From contig OZ199840.1 of assembly GCA_964304625.1 (NCBI GenBank), forward strand, positions 3,795,631 to 3,859,630: DNA of 64,000 bases, written 5' to 3'. A program made the position numbers and the translations under genes. The DNA is from Kudoa neothunni. Taxonomy: Eukaryota; Animalia; Cnidaria. Position 1 is the stretch's first letter; each line of letters starts with the position of its first letter. The notes below the pieces were generated by a model. That model did no database searches and was not told the DNA's origin. It was given only the letters and a program-made list of their open reading frames with translations. Shown here piece after piece: positions 30,899 to 42,161 of the stretch.

Positions 30899-32120
30899 TT
30901 AGAAGAAACCAATGTTGTCTGTGTTGATTAGATCGTCAACGGTATATATGGTCATTTGATTGGACACAGTGGAACAAGTGAGCATGCAAATGAAGTACAA
31001 CTCAAAATTATTTTTATTTCCATTTTTGCCAGTGAATTTGAATTCAAAACAGTTGTTCAAGTTGACATCGTAATAGAAACGTCGCAGTTGTTTTGAACCA
31101 TTTCCGGTTTTCTTCTCTTGGATACAAATTGCTAAATATTATTGTATTAAGAACGAAATTGTGGTAGATTCGGAGAGATGAGCTACGATTGTGATGATAT
31201 TTTTTCTTAGGGAGTTTCGGAGCAGGTTTACAGGTTTTTTCACAATAAGGTAAACTTTTAAAGTTGTTGAGATTTCCGTTGCAACCACCATATACAAAAC
31301 TTTTACAGCGTTCATCACCTGGATCGTAGTACCAACGAATTTGATAATTTATACATTCTCCAAGTTTTTTCGGTTGAGAACACATAGTTTTAATGGTATC
31401 ATCGGGAGGTCGTCTAAACCCTAGAAAATTATTTGATCATTAGTTGATACTTCACTCAAAAAATATGATGTATGTACTTGAGCAAGTGTCTTCACATTGG
31501 AAAATATTATCAAACCTATTGCTGTTACCCCCACAACCAGAATATCTGAACGATTTGCAGGAGTCGGTAACTGAATCAAAGTACCATCTGTCAACAAAGC
31601 TCTTACACCTTCCTACTGCAACCGGTTGTCTACACCTTAGTTCATATTTTTTGGCCCCTGGAACTTTGGGGATTGGTTTATCATGAATCCGTGGATCTAT
31701 TTTGTCTTTCCTATACGAAAGTTCCAGCTTATATCTTGAACCACACTACACTATAAATTATGTTTGATCTCACCATATCGGATTTCTGGGGCTATAACCT
31801 TCATTTTGGCCGGTTTCGTTGAGTGTGTTAGCTATACAAACACGCACACACAGTTCTTGCGTATCAAAAACGTTTCTACTGTTTCCGCAACCCCCATAAA
31901 TAAATTGTACACATTCTTTGCTTTCTTGATTGTAACCATATTTAGTGAAATTTAAATCGCATGGTCCACTTTCGATTGGATCCAAGCACATTCTATTCAA
32001 CAAACAACCTAAATGACATAATGCAGCCAATCAATACATAAAATGTGCTATCTGGTGGATGTGGTTACTGTGACGCGCTATAAAAATCGACCAAAAAATG
32101 AAGAAATGGAAAATAATCAT
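30899..32120 (-). CDS. Secreted protein with four tandem Kunitz/BPTI domains
   Basis: Hydrophobic leader MIIFHFFIFWSIFIA; K1 CLDPIESGPCD..FIYGGCGNSRNVF; K2 CRQPVAVGRCKS..FRYSGCGGNSNRF; K3 CSQPKKLGECIN..FVYGGCNGNLNNF; K4 CIQEKKTGNGSK..FKFTGKNGNKNNF; four short GT-AG introns; stop at 30899. Confidence 0.9.
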
Positions 32121-32258
32121 CGTAAATTTGATAAGTAATATCGACTATTATTTTTTGAATATTTTGGATAATACACGACGTATAACGTAACCATTTCGTC
32201 AATGGTGTCATTTTAGAGATGGATTGAGTAGTGGATGATGATATTCAACTACACAATT

Positions 32259-32570
32259 TTACGCACCTATAATTACGCGTATACGCTTATGTGAATTTTC
32301 AATGCTGAATAACGGCATGTGTTTGGCGATAAATTCTGTTAAGTATTGTTGTTCATAATCAGCGCCAAATTTGACCTCATCCTCCGATAAGTTAGACAAA
32401 TCAATTGAGAGTAGAACTTGAATTCTCCATGCACATTTATCAAGGGATCTATACGATTGAACAGTTAAAGTGATTAATTCATTTTTGTTTCTTAATAGCA
32501 AGCTTGAAACGACGGTTGTCAAGAGAACCATTAAAAACAAACAGTTATTTCTGTTTCTAGAAAACCACAT
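32259..32570 (-). CDS. Small orphan protein with signal-peptide-like N-terminus
   Basis: Intact 103-codon ATG-initiated ORF in AT-rich DNA; basic N-region plus hydrophobic CLFLMVLLTTVVSS; no family recognised. Confidence 0.55.
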   Translation of the reverse strand: MWFSRNRNNCLFLMVLLTTVVSSLLLRNKNELITLTVQSYRSLDKCAWRIQVLLSIDLSNLSEDEVKFGADYEQQYLTEFIAKHMPLFSIENSHKRIRVIIGA

Positions 32571-32925
32571 AGATGAATGTTGGTTAATACAATCAACCTT
32601 AAAATTAAGTTTTTGCCATTTAATACTTGTTGAAAATTAAGAGTTTGACTAAAAATCACTTCTTTATATTTCTATAGTTGAATCTAACAATTGAGTATGT
32701 TGTATTAATTACAAATAAAAAACTTAAACATCTAAGTTTGAATTTATAGTGTATTATTTTCACTCTTCCTCAATTCATCCAATAGTCTAATTAAACTTAT
32801 TAAAGGTTATACACTGGGTCGGTGATGAATGAAAGTGTTAAAACAACTCAATTACTCTTAGACCGTAAGGAATAAACGCTGCACCTCGAACCCAACCACA
32901 TCGTCATTTTGTCAAATATTCATCG

Positions 32926-33381
32926 ATGAATGTAGTTGGTTTTATATTTCTTTCAGTAAAATTGTTCATATGTGTAAGTAGCTTGAGTTTATTTTCTTCA
33001 AAATATTCTAGTAAATTTAGAAACTAGGATAACCAGCTATTAATATATCTTTAATTTTTAGAATATGCATGTGAAAATCACAATATACTGATCAACTGCA
33101 GCAATCCCACTAACAATATCAGGTCAATGATCAATATCACTTACGTATTCTATGGACGAAAAGACATGAATTTATATTGTCCCGAGTCGTTCTTGGATCA
33201 TCATGTAATTTGTGATAGTAAAACTAGACAAGCTCAAGTGAAAAAAAAGCTAATGGCTCAGTGTCAAAATGAAACTTCTTGTCAATTAAAAGTTTCGAAA
33301 GAAATGCTCCTAACGGGAGATGATGATGAATATTGTCCAGGAGTGTCCAGATATCTTATGATAAATTATAATTGTGTTTAA
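32926..33381 (+). CDS. Secreted single-domain SUEL / rhamnose-galactose-binding lectin
   Basis: Exon 1 32926-33010 (signal peptide MNVVGFIFLSVKLFICVSS), intron 33011-33061, then ACEN..INC...VFYGR...C...C...CQNETSC...YCPGVSRYLMINYNCV* (8-Cys SUEL pattern). Confidence 0.85.
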
Positions 33382-33668
33382 ATGTGGTTTTTATTGTTTT
33401 TACAATAAGTAGTATTTAAATTGTTTTATTTTCGCGTGTAAAATCTTCTAATTTAAAAGATTTTAATCAATATATTTAAATTAAATTACGTAATATATTT
33501 AAATAGAAACTTTGGATAAGGTAAATTTTGGCTTCAAAACAAATGTGTGAGCTTCTATCCATTACAATCATCCAGTTAGATCGAAATTGCATCTTCCGAG
33601 TGTTGATTCAAGCCGACCGACCATATCACATATAACACCTTGGGTCGACACGTCCAAGTCCCATTTAA

Positions 33669-34511
33669 ATGGACATTTTTATACATTTGCCTTCAAAACC
33701 ACCAACCTATGACCAAGGTAAATTTTTTTGGATCAAACATAGGTTATTTAGGTTGAATTTTTAGCGTTGAAATGTGACTATCTGTCTGAAGATCCTCCAT
33801 CCTATAGTATATTTAGTGATGAGGAGGATAAATCAGATAAAATTAACGATTTTGCCTCCTCCTTAAAAATAATCGTCGAATATGGTAGTAGATTGAGATA
33901 ATTTTCACTACATTTTTATAACAAACTCACTTTTAGTATCATTTATTGTTGCTGTCATATTTCTGTTTATGATCCCATTTTCCTCACTTGTGATAGGTAT
34001 ATGTTGCGGGCTTGTGTTTTATTTGACAAACTTATTTAGGTATTATTTATTGGAATGATTGTCCTATTGAACCGCTTATCCCCGCCTATCTTATTGTAGT
34101 TGGTCTGGTTGGGGCTGTACGCAATTGTGTCGCTATAATTGAGCCCATCACTCAAGGTTATCAGTCAGCACTATCTTCATCATTTGTCGAAGATAGAAGC
34201 AGTATTCTGATATTTTTTGACTGTTTGAATCTTGCGTGGTTCGCACTGGGTAACATTTGGTTGATCCAGGCCGCCATTCTAAAAAAATGATGACAACATC
34301 AACACATACTGCCATCCCATCCTCTTTTGGTATAGATTTTCCTAGTCTATTACTTTTTTATATCATTTCACTCTCTAGGTACACGTTCGGTAGTATTATG
34401 CTGTTCTACATCACAATTATCCTAACTCTTTTATTGTATATTATTTTAAACAGAAAATTCCTTATGAAAACCTCCACACAGACCCCACCACCATCCTACT
34501 ACAATGACTGA
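33669..34511 (+). CDS. TMEM272: TMEM272-family 4-TM protein with three PPxY motifs
   Basis: Five exons; IG.IYWNDCPIEPLIPAYLIVVG, LAWFALGNIWL, YCHPILFWYTF family motifs; PPTY and PPSY (N-terminal) and PPSY (C-terminal). Confidence 0.8.
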
Positions 34512-36008
34512 CTTTTTATCAACTTGTTATAAAAAATGTTTTATCTAGTCAATGTGAGTCGAATTCTTTTGGCCATTTATGAACATTTAATATCATTTGT
34601 CCAATCTAAATTTAATTAAAATAATACCGCTTAAAAAATATTTGTAGGCGAATTAAAAAATTATCACTATTAAATCAAATCATATTTACTGAAATTATTC
34701 AGCCAAATTTTTACCATATTTTGTTTTAATCAAATGAAAATTTAGGTAAGGAAATTGGAAAACACTTTGATCAAGTAAATGATATAAACCAGGAATGACC
34801 AAACTGTCGCTCACGAGCTGCATGTGACGCTAGGAAGTTGAAGTGTGGCATTTGAGGAGTTTAGATTTGATTTATTGTTTCATTTAATTTTGTTTCTAAA
34901 ATTATTTTGAAATTTTTACAGTCATAGGATAATGCATGTATCATGTCTAAGAACTCATGAATTAAAACTCTTAGACAAGGTATAAATGTATTAAAAATTC
35001 CGAAACGTAATTTTTACGCCTAGTAACTCCAAAAAATTTGAATTTCATCAAATGCGGCTCTCATTTTAAATAAGTCTGTACACTCTTGATATAAAACCTA
35101 CTTAGCATTCTATTGCGGAATGAACTTTTTACTAATGAAATTAACTCCCCAATCCATTTGAAGTTTTAATTACAGAAATTACTTAAATAAATTTTAATGT
35201 TGTGAGAAAATTTATTTATAATGTTAAGAATTAACTATAAATCGTAAATGAGAGAAATACAAGGATTAGAATATTTTTCGGTAGATAAAAACAATCTTAA
35301 AATAAATCAAAATAATATATTTTAATGAATTTTGATTTCTATTAATGATTTGAAAATTAGAAAATTTAATATTGAAATATTATTCGAATTTTCACTATTA
35401 ATTTCTTTTAAACACATGATATTAAAATATTAAAAGCTTGGAGTAAATGGGATTGAAATAATTAAATTTTATGAACGTATTTTAGCTGAAATATCTATTT
35501 ATTAAATGATTATAAAAAAATTATTTTCTGATTATTTTGTAAATTAAAACTGCGGTAAAAATTAGAAGAAACCCGCATTAAATCTTCAAAGTTATTCCTA
35601 ATAAATCCAACATCGGTAAGTGTAAAAAATTTAAATTACTAAATCTAGATTATTTACACAGATTGGATGTCTTAAAAACGCATATATTGAATAAATATAG
35701 AAATTCGTTCAATAATAAAAAATATTTCACCCGTGAACTTCATTTATATATACAGCACAAACTCGGAATTCGACCAAAAATTTTGGGTCAGAAATATTTT
35801 TGAGTTGGAAAAAATAGAAAGGGTATTCAGATCAAATCCAGTTGAAGCAAAAAATAGAGAAGAAAAGAAATTCTAGAAGGAGATTCGAGCAATCAAATTA
35901 TACGAACGTCATCGAAAGAAACCCTTTTATGATCTATCGTATGACGACCCAAAAATATTTAACCTATGTAACCTGTGGATTATAAGGGTTGTCATCCATC
36001 AATCATAT

Positions 36009-36084
36009 GAGCGATCGGGAGAAGAGCGGTATGGCACCACCACCTTTAATGCTAATAATACAGGTTCGAATCCCAATTCGGAGC
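36009..36084 (+). repeat. tRNA-derived SINE head or tRNA pseudogene, copy 2
   Basis: GAGCGATC...AGAGCGGTATGGCACCACCACCTTT...CAGGTTCGAATCCC; perfect B box; homologous to 29960-30036. Confidence 0.55.
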
Positions 36085-36575
36085 TTATGTTACATCGTAT
36101 GCCGCATTTTTATTATTATATTTAATATTTATTTGGTATATTTTATAAACACAAAGTATGCTTGTTTTTTAATAAATAAGAGTAAAAATGGTCGTTTATT
36201 TTGATGAAAAATGCGGATTAAACTAATTTTCATTGTTTTACACGGGATAGATTGATTTGGAGTTCGAACACACTTCTAGAACGAGTATGGTGGAAGTCCG
36301 AGGTTGCACTGCATACATATATATTATATGTTTAATATAGATGAATAAAATATTTTAAAATTGTGATACCTTAATATTGCAAACATTGCTTAAAATTATA
36401 TATTTAAAAATTAATTACACTTATAAAATAGTGAACATTTTTATTTTATTAAAAATTATATGACAACTTCAAATAAGATAGGCCATTAAACAATCTTGTC
36501 TCAAGAGTACAACATCTAAAAAAGGTATTTAGAAGTCGTTATAGATCGACAGATCCCGAAAATTAATACGATTTG

Positions 36576-39048
36576 ATGAGTTCTCATCAGATTTTTTCTC
36601 CATCTCTGGTAGATTATATTTATACGAACGTATTTTTGAATATTTTATAATTGTTTCTAACAGTTTTTCAGTTCAAATACCCAAATGTCGTGATCGACCA
36701 TTTGGCTACATTTTCAAAACTAAACAATATTTCCACACGAATATGTCAAGGTTTTATTTCTTTCGTATCAGTAAAATATTAAATTTAATAATTAAGATGC
36801 CACTAATAAAGTTATGGTGTCATTTGTTGCGAACATTAACTCCAATTTAAGTAAGATTAAATGTATTTTGTGCTGATTTTTAGATTTAATAGTCAATATT
36901 ATTCATTTTAAAATGTATATTCCATATGACTATCCTGATTCAATTCCATTGGTCTACGTAATGGAGTCCAAAGATGTGATTACCAAAATCAATCTCAAAC
37001 AACCAATCAAAATTGTGCATTCCGATGGCTTACTAAATAATTCTCAACTGATTCCCGATTGGAATGGAGAGAAAAAGACTTTGGTTAGATATCACTCGTT
37101 CGTCTTACTTCAGCTGGGGAGTTGGGTTAAAATGGAGAAATATCTATTAAAATCTTCATCTAAACCCCTACCTACTCCTACGCCTCGAGACATTACTAAC
37201 ATCTCATCACAGATATCAAACAACAGCAGCTCTGCTCGAAATCCTCCGTCACAAATGCAAGAAATAAAATCATCAGATAAGCATATATTTGCTTCGAATC
37301 CACCCAGGCGAGGGTCAACAACAGACTTAATGGATGGTGTTAACTCTCTTGATTACACTACATATACTTTAAGAAACATTAACATTAGCCATAATTTGAG
37401 GGATGGAAGAACCAATTATAGCAAATCTGCTTTCCAAACTACGCCCACTACGGTGAACCCTTTTTTGAAGGGCGATCCTGGCGCCGTTTTTGCGGGCGCT
37501 CTAAACCCCACCTACAATCACGATCCAAATGATAAAGGTTTAATTCCGGCTTATAAAGGAGACTATTCCTCAGCCAGACGCGCTAATTTTAATAAAAATT
37601 CTATATCATTTCCAAATCAGAATTTTTATCGAAATTCATTTCCCACCAATCCCGAGGTTTCTGAGGGATCCACTCCACAATTTGGGGAAAATACGTTGTT
37701 TTATCCAATTTTCAACGATAAACCCGATTTAACAGTAAAATTAGAAGAATTTTCTGTTTCCCATGGTGAAGCAATTCACCCTCCTCAAAAGTTAAATTTC
37801 ACTAATGACCCCAACAACGACAAAACATCTATCAACAATAAAACCCATCACGATTTAAATTCTTCACCTAAAAGCGAATTATTCTCTATTGACGCAGCTG
37901 ATAATACCTCTAATATTTCTCCTCAAGAAAAATATAATCAATTAATTAGAAAATACAATATTAAGATAAAAACTCCCAGTTTGTTAAGTGATTCAATAAT
38001 ATCTACGTAAATTCTCAACTGTTTAATAGAAAATACAGGAACTCCAACGAACGATGGAGTGCTTGTTGATTTATCCACCCCGTGTACGCAAGCCTCAGAA
38101 ATCACTCCTGTGATTCCTACAAAGGATATAACTCAAAATGTGTCCATTAACAACTTGAAAAGTATTAAATTTAGTGATCGGGCCATTTTAATTCTTATAT
38201 TAAAAGATTCGATTTTTGACAATATGGATCTGTTGAAAAACAAGCTTGAAGGTTAGTTGATGGGACTGGTAATTCTAAATAACCCTAACCTTTGTTCAAT
38301 AGAAGATTGCCTAGTCGAATCATACAAAAATTCAATCAGATTCACATACAACAAGTTAGTTATAGAACAAATGGTAGTTACGATATCGATTGGTGTTGTT
38401 AAAAATTTGGGTAGGAAAAGTATGCTGCACTGGATGAGGATATGAAGAAACTACAAAGAGGAACCGCCATACTACATTCCATACAACTCAGCTGTGATCA
38501 AGAGATCGTATTTATTCTTATACATAATATTTCTTTTAAAAAGTTTACTCAGGAAGAATTTTCTGAGATTTGCTCTAAGATTGGCGCTAAAATCGGAACT
38601 TTGAAACCAATCATTGACACCTGTCTCAATCTGTCTCAACATTGTCTCGACCCTCAAAAATTGTTATTAATTCCCGAACCCTACCACGATCAGTAAGCAT
38701 CTCTCTTGACCTACTTGACCAAAGAAGGGATCAACTCCTCATAACTAATTTTAAATTGATTACATTTTTATTTTATAAAACCCAATCGTATTTATTAAGA
38801 TTGGTCAACGATATATCAAAAGACAAAGCTCTCACCGATTACTATTATCATATGATGAATGGTTTCCATACTAACAAAATTCAATTGCCAACATTTTTAG
38901 CAGTAATTATTAAGTTAGCGTTATTTACAAAATTAACTAAAATTTAACCTAGGCCATAAGAAAACACTCAAGAGATCATTTCTATATAAAGTATTCTATC
39001 CACAACAACGAAAAAGAAAATCCCTACAAAAAAACACCTAGTCAGTGA
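36576..39048 (+). CDS. TSG101: ESCRT-I subunit TSG101/Vps23, divergent, multi-exon
   Basis: UEV domain (FKYPN..., FKMYIPYDYPDSIPLVYV, IVHSDG, IPDW), long Pro/Ser/Asn-rich linker, coiled coil (MKKLQRG..L), steadiness box (PEPYHDQ|LVNDISKDKALTDYYYHMMNGF..IQLPTFLA|AIRKHSRDHFY). Confidence 0.8.
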
Positions 39049-39064
39049 CTATTTTTTTAGATCA

Positions 39065-39250
39065 CTATCTTTTTATAGTTTTGTATTGAGACATCATCTC
39101 TAAAACCAATAATAAATCGTCTGGCGAGACACCTTTCTTCAATATTTTCGAAATAATTTTCATGTTCGATGTATCCATTTGGATGTTGGTTGCGTGGAGC
39201 AGTTTCATCAGCATCATTTCCGCCTTTTGTAGATTCTCATCTTCCGCCAT
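39065..39250 (-). CDS. MZT2: Mitotic-spindle organizing protein 2 (MOZART2), gamma-TuRC microprotein
   Basis: EMMLMKLLHATNIQMDTSNMKIISKILKKGVSPDDLLLVLEMM aligns without gaps to MZT2 EMELYELAQAAGGAIDPDVFKILVDLLKLNVAPLAVFQMLKSM; single exon, ATG at 39250. Confidence 0.75.
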   Translation of the reverse strand: MAEDENLQKAEMMLMKLLHATNIQMDTSNMKIISKILKKGVSPDDLLLVLEMMSQYKTIKR

Positions 39251-41619
39251 TATTATGATCACGTGCCGAACGATTTTATTTGTCAAATTTGTATGCTGTA
39301 AAGTTTAGTTTATTTTAAATAAGACTGCATTTAAACTGACTTGTATCTATTAAAAATATTGGAAAATAATGGGAACTGACGTAAAACCCGATCTAATACG
39401 ATTATATTACGAACTCGATTGAAAAATAAATTTGTTAGAGTAATTACTTCATTCGATCACCCTTAACACACAAAAATGTCTTTAAAAATAATTAAAATTA
39501 ATATAGAAGCAATTTTGTTTATATATTGCTAAATTATGACTATTTAGAATTTTCACGATTTTAGGATGTAAAACGTGCGCATGCTTCATAAATATCGTAA
39601 ACTTTCGTGTCTGGCTGCGTTTACAATATGCTCCAACGAGATAGAGTCGTAAAATATTAATTTTTATTTTATGCTAAAACTTCTCGAATAGTAATTGGGT
39701 TTCAAACCTGCATTAGTGGTTTCCACTTAATGTCAGAAGTAAACCAATAACACTTACTGACTGGATGTAGTTTTGTGCTTCTTTCTTAATTTTTGCGTCT
39801 GAATTCTAATTGATGAATTCCCCTCGTCCTTATATTGTTCTTAATTTAAAATATTTGAATGTTTAAAAAGTGGAACTCGAAAATTTGATTGAGCTAATGA
39901 ATGTAAAAGAATAGGCCTGCCTTCTATTATAATTTATTTGTAATGGCGAAACAGTACAATTCAATAGATGTTTTGTACGAAATATGAAACGATCTTGCTA
40001 GAAAAACAACAATCGATTTTCCACCAAGAGGAGGAAGTCGATTTGGGATCGGTTGTCTCCTCCAAACAAATCACTTTGGAGTTGACTGTCGATCAAAGTG
40101 TAATGAAGAAATTCGTATTGTAATCATAACTTAGTTTTTTTATTGTGATTTATTTCTTCATTAAATTCATCTTTTTATGAGCAATTTGTCCATTTTCGGA
40201 TCTATCCATAAAACAGCAGTTCTCTAATTTTCTCGTCCTTCCACAACTTGTAATTATTTTGGTACATTGAGCTCAGAACCATAAACTAAATATAGAATAG
40301 CAACGAAAATATTTTAATCTTTGAACGATTTTGGTGTATTGACTGAATAAGTGATTGAAATGCGTTTGTTGGAAACCACCGGCGTAATTTTTAATCTGAC
40401 TTGGCGTATCAAACAAGAAATTGTTTTTTAAGCTTCTAATGAACGTATAATTATCTTAATTTATTACATTTAGTTATAGAAATAGTGCATAAAAGTCTTC
40501 TAATATAGTTCCCATTGCAAATCATGATTTTAGTCTATAAACATAGGGTTTCTCGATCTAACTCGGCACTTTTGCGATCATGCTCGATAATTTTAAGGTT
40601 AAAAAATCAATCCTAATTATTTTGTAGCGCATAATTTTTTAAATTAAGAAATTGTTTCAAATTTTTTATTCATAAAGTTACGATAGACGAAAATACATGT
40701 ATAACAAAGAATGATGCCTTCTGTGTTTTCAGATTACGACTATAACTTGAATAAGTACGCAATTTTTAAATAGACATAAAATATTTCTTAAAATAAAAAA
40801 AATTAAAGTAATGTAGTGATCATGATATTTATCAAATTTTTCGTGATGAACACGCCAATACGACAGAATTACATTGTTTTCATAATAGAATGGAATACAT
40901 AAACCCCAAGAGTAAATATTTTAACAAAGTTTTTATTCCACACGAAATAGTAATTTTTTAATCAACACCTTAGGATAAATGTAACGAATTTTATTATACG
41001 GTTTATTATAACCTTGTGTATTTTATAGCATAATATGGATATAATTGAATTAACTTTTTATTGTTAATTATAAAAAAAATATGTTATGGATAAGAAATTT
41101 GATCTTTGACATAATATTAAATACAATATTTGCTATTTCTCAAAAACGTCGATGAAGCACACAATCAGTAAAATTCAGAATGTTACTTATTATGTAAAGC
41201 ATAATATTTAGAATTTTGATATATTGCATTGATTGGATGAAAAAACACCACATGAACATAAAAGGGATGGGTATTTCTTAAACTTCCAGGATTTAATTAA
41301 TCTTTTTTTGCTTTTAAACATTATCATTTATTTTCCAATAAAAATATTTATACTAATATATATAAGCTCCTAACGAGGATTAAACTACTAACGCGAACAT
41401 TGCCGACAATGATTAAAAATATAACAGAAATTCTAATTTTATTGTAGAGGAATTTAATCAAATTTTTAAATAATCAAATAATACAAGCAGGTGTGAATAC
41501 AACTATAGCTTAAAAATCTCACCAAGGCACACCCACTCGTAAGAAGATTTATGTTCCGAGATTAACAAACTCGTTAAACATTTGGCATTTTTGGGTATTT
41601 GTCGTAAAATCTACAAAAA

Positions 41620-42161
41620 ATGGCCAATACTGCTTCAACCGATAGAGAATTTAGAAAAGTTGACGTCGATCAATATGACGAAGACAACTATCAAGAGGAT
41701 AAAGTTGAGATGGTCGAATTCGACACAGCTAGCGTACAGGGTCTTCTTTCTAAGTTGGTTATGGTTATTGTATTAACTGAAATAGACTTCATCTTTAGGG
41801 GAGATATGTCGGAAGCTTTAAAACTCATAGTAAACTCACCAGCTCTTGATGGAAATTCTAGGGAGGCGAAGGTGAAAATGGTTGACGCCTATTCCAAGAT
41901 ATTACAAGGAGTCAAAGCAGCCGATATACCGAAACAGTTGGAAACATTAAATAAAGAAGAACAAAATCGGCTAATGAAATTAATTTATTGCTCGTTCATG
42001 TGCAGTTCTATTGCAGATTTTTCATCCCTCCATGCTTGGCATGAAAAAGTAATATGATCGATATCACACCTGTATTCACAGTTGATTAGGTTTACGGACT
42101 GGTTGGTCTTGGTGGAATAATCCGAGTTCTCACTGATAGAAAAGCGGTTCCTCATCAATAG
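41620..42161 (+). CDS. ARPC5: Arp2/3 complex subunit 5 (p16-Arc)
   Basis: FRKVDVDQYDED, LMKLIY, LHAWHEK|VYGLVGLGGIIRVLTDRKAV; introns 41754-41798 and 42049-42089. Confidence 0.95.
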
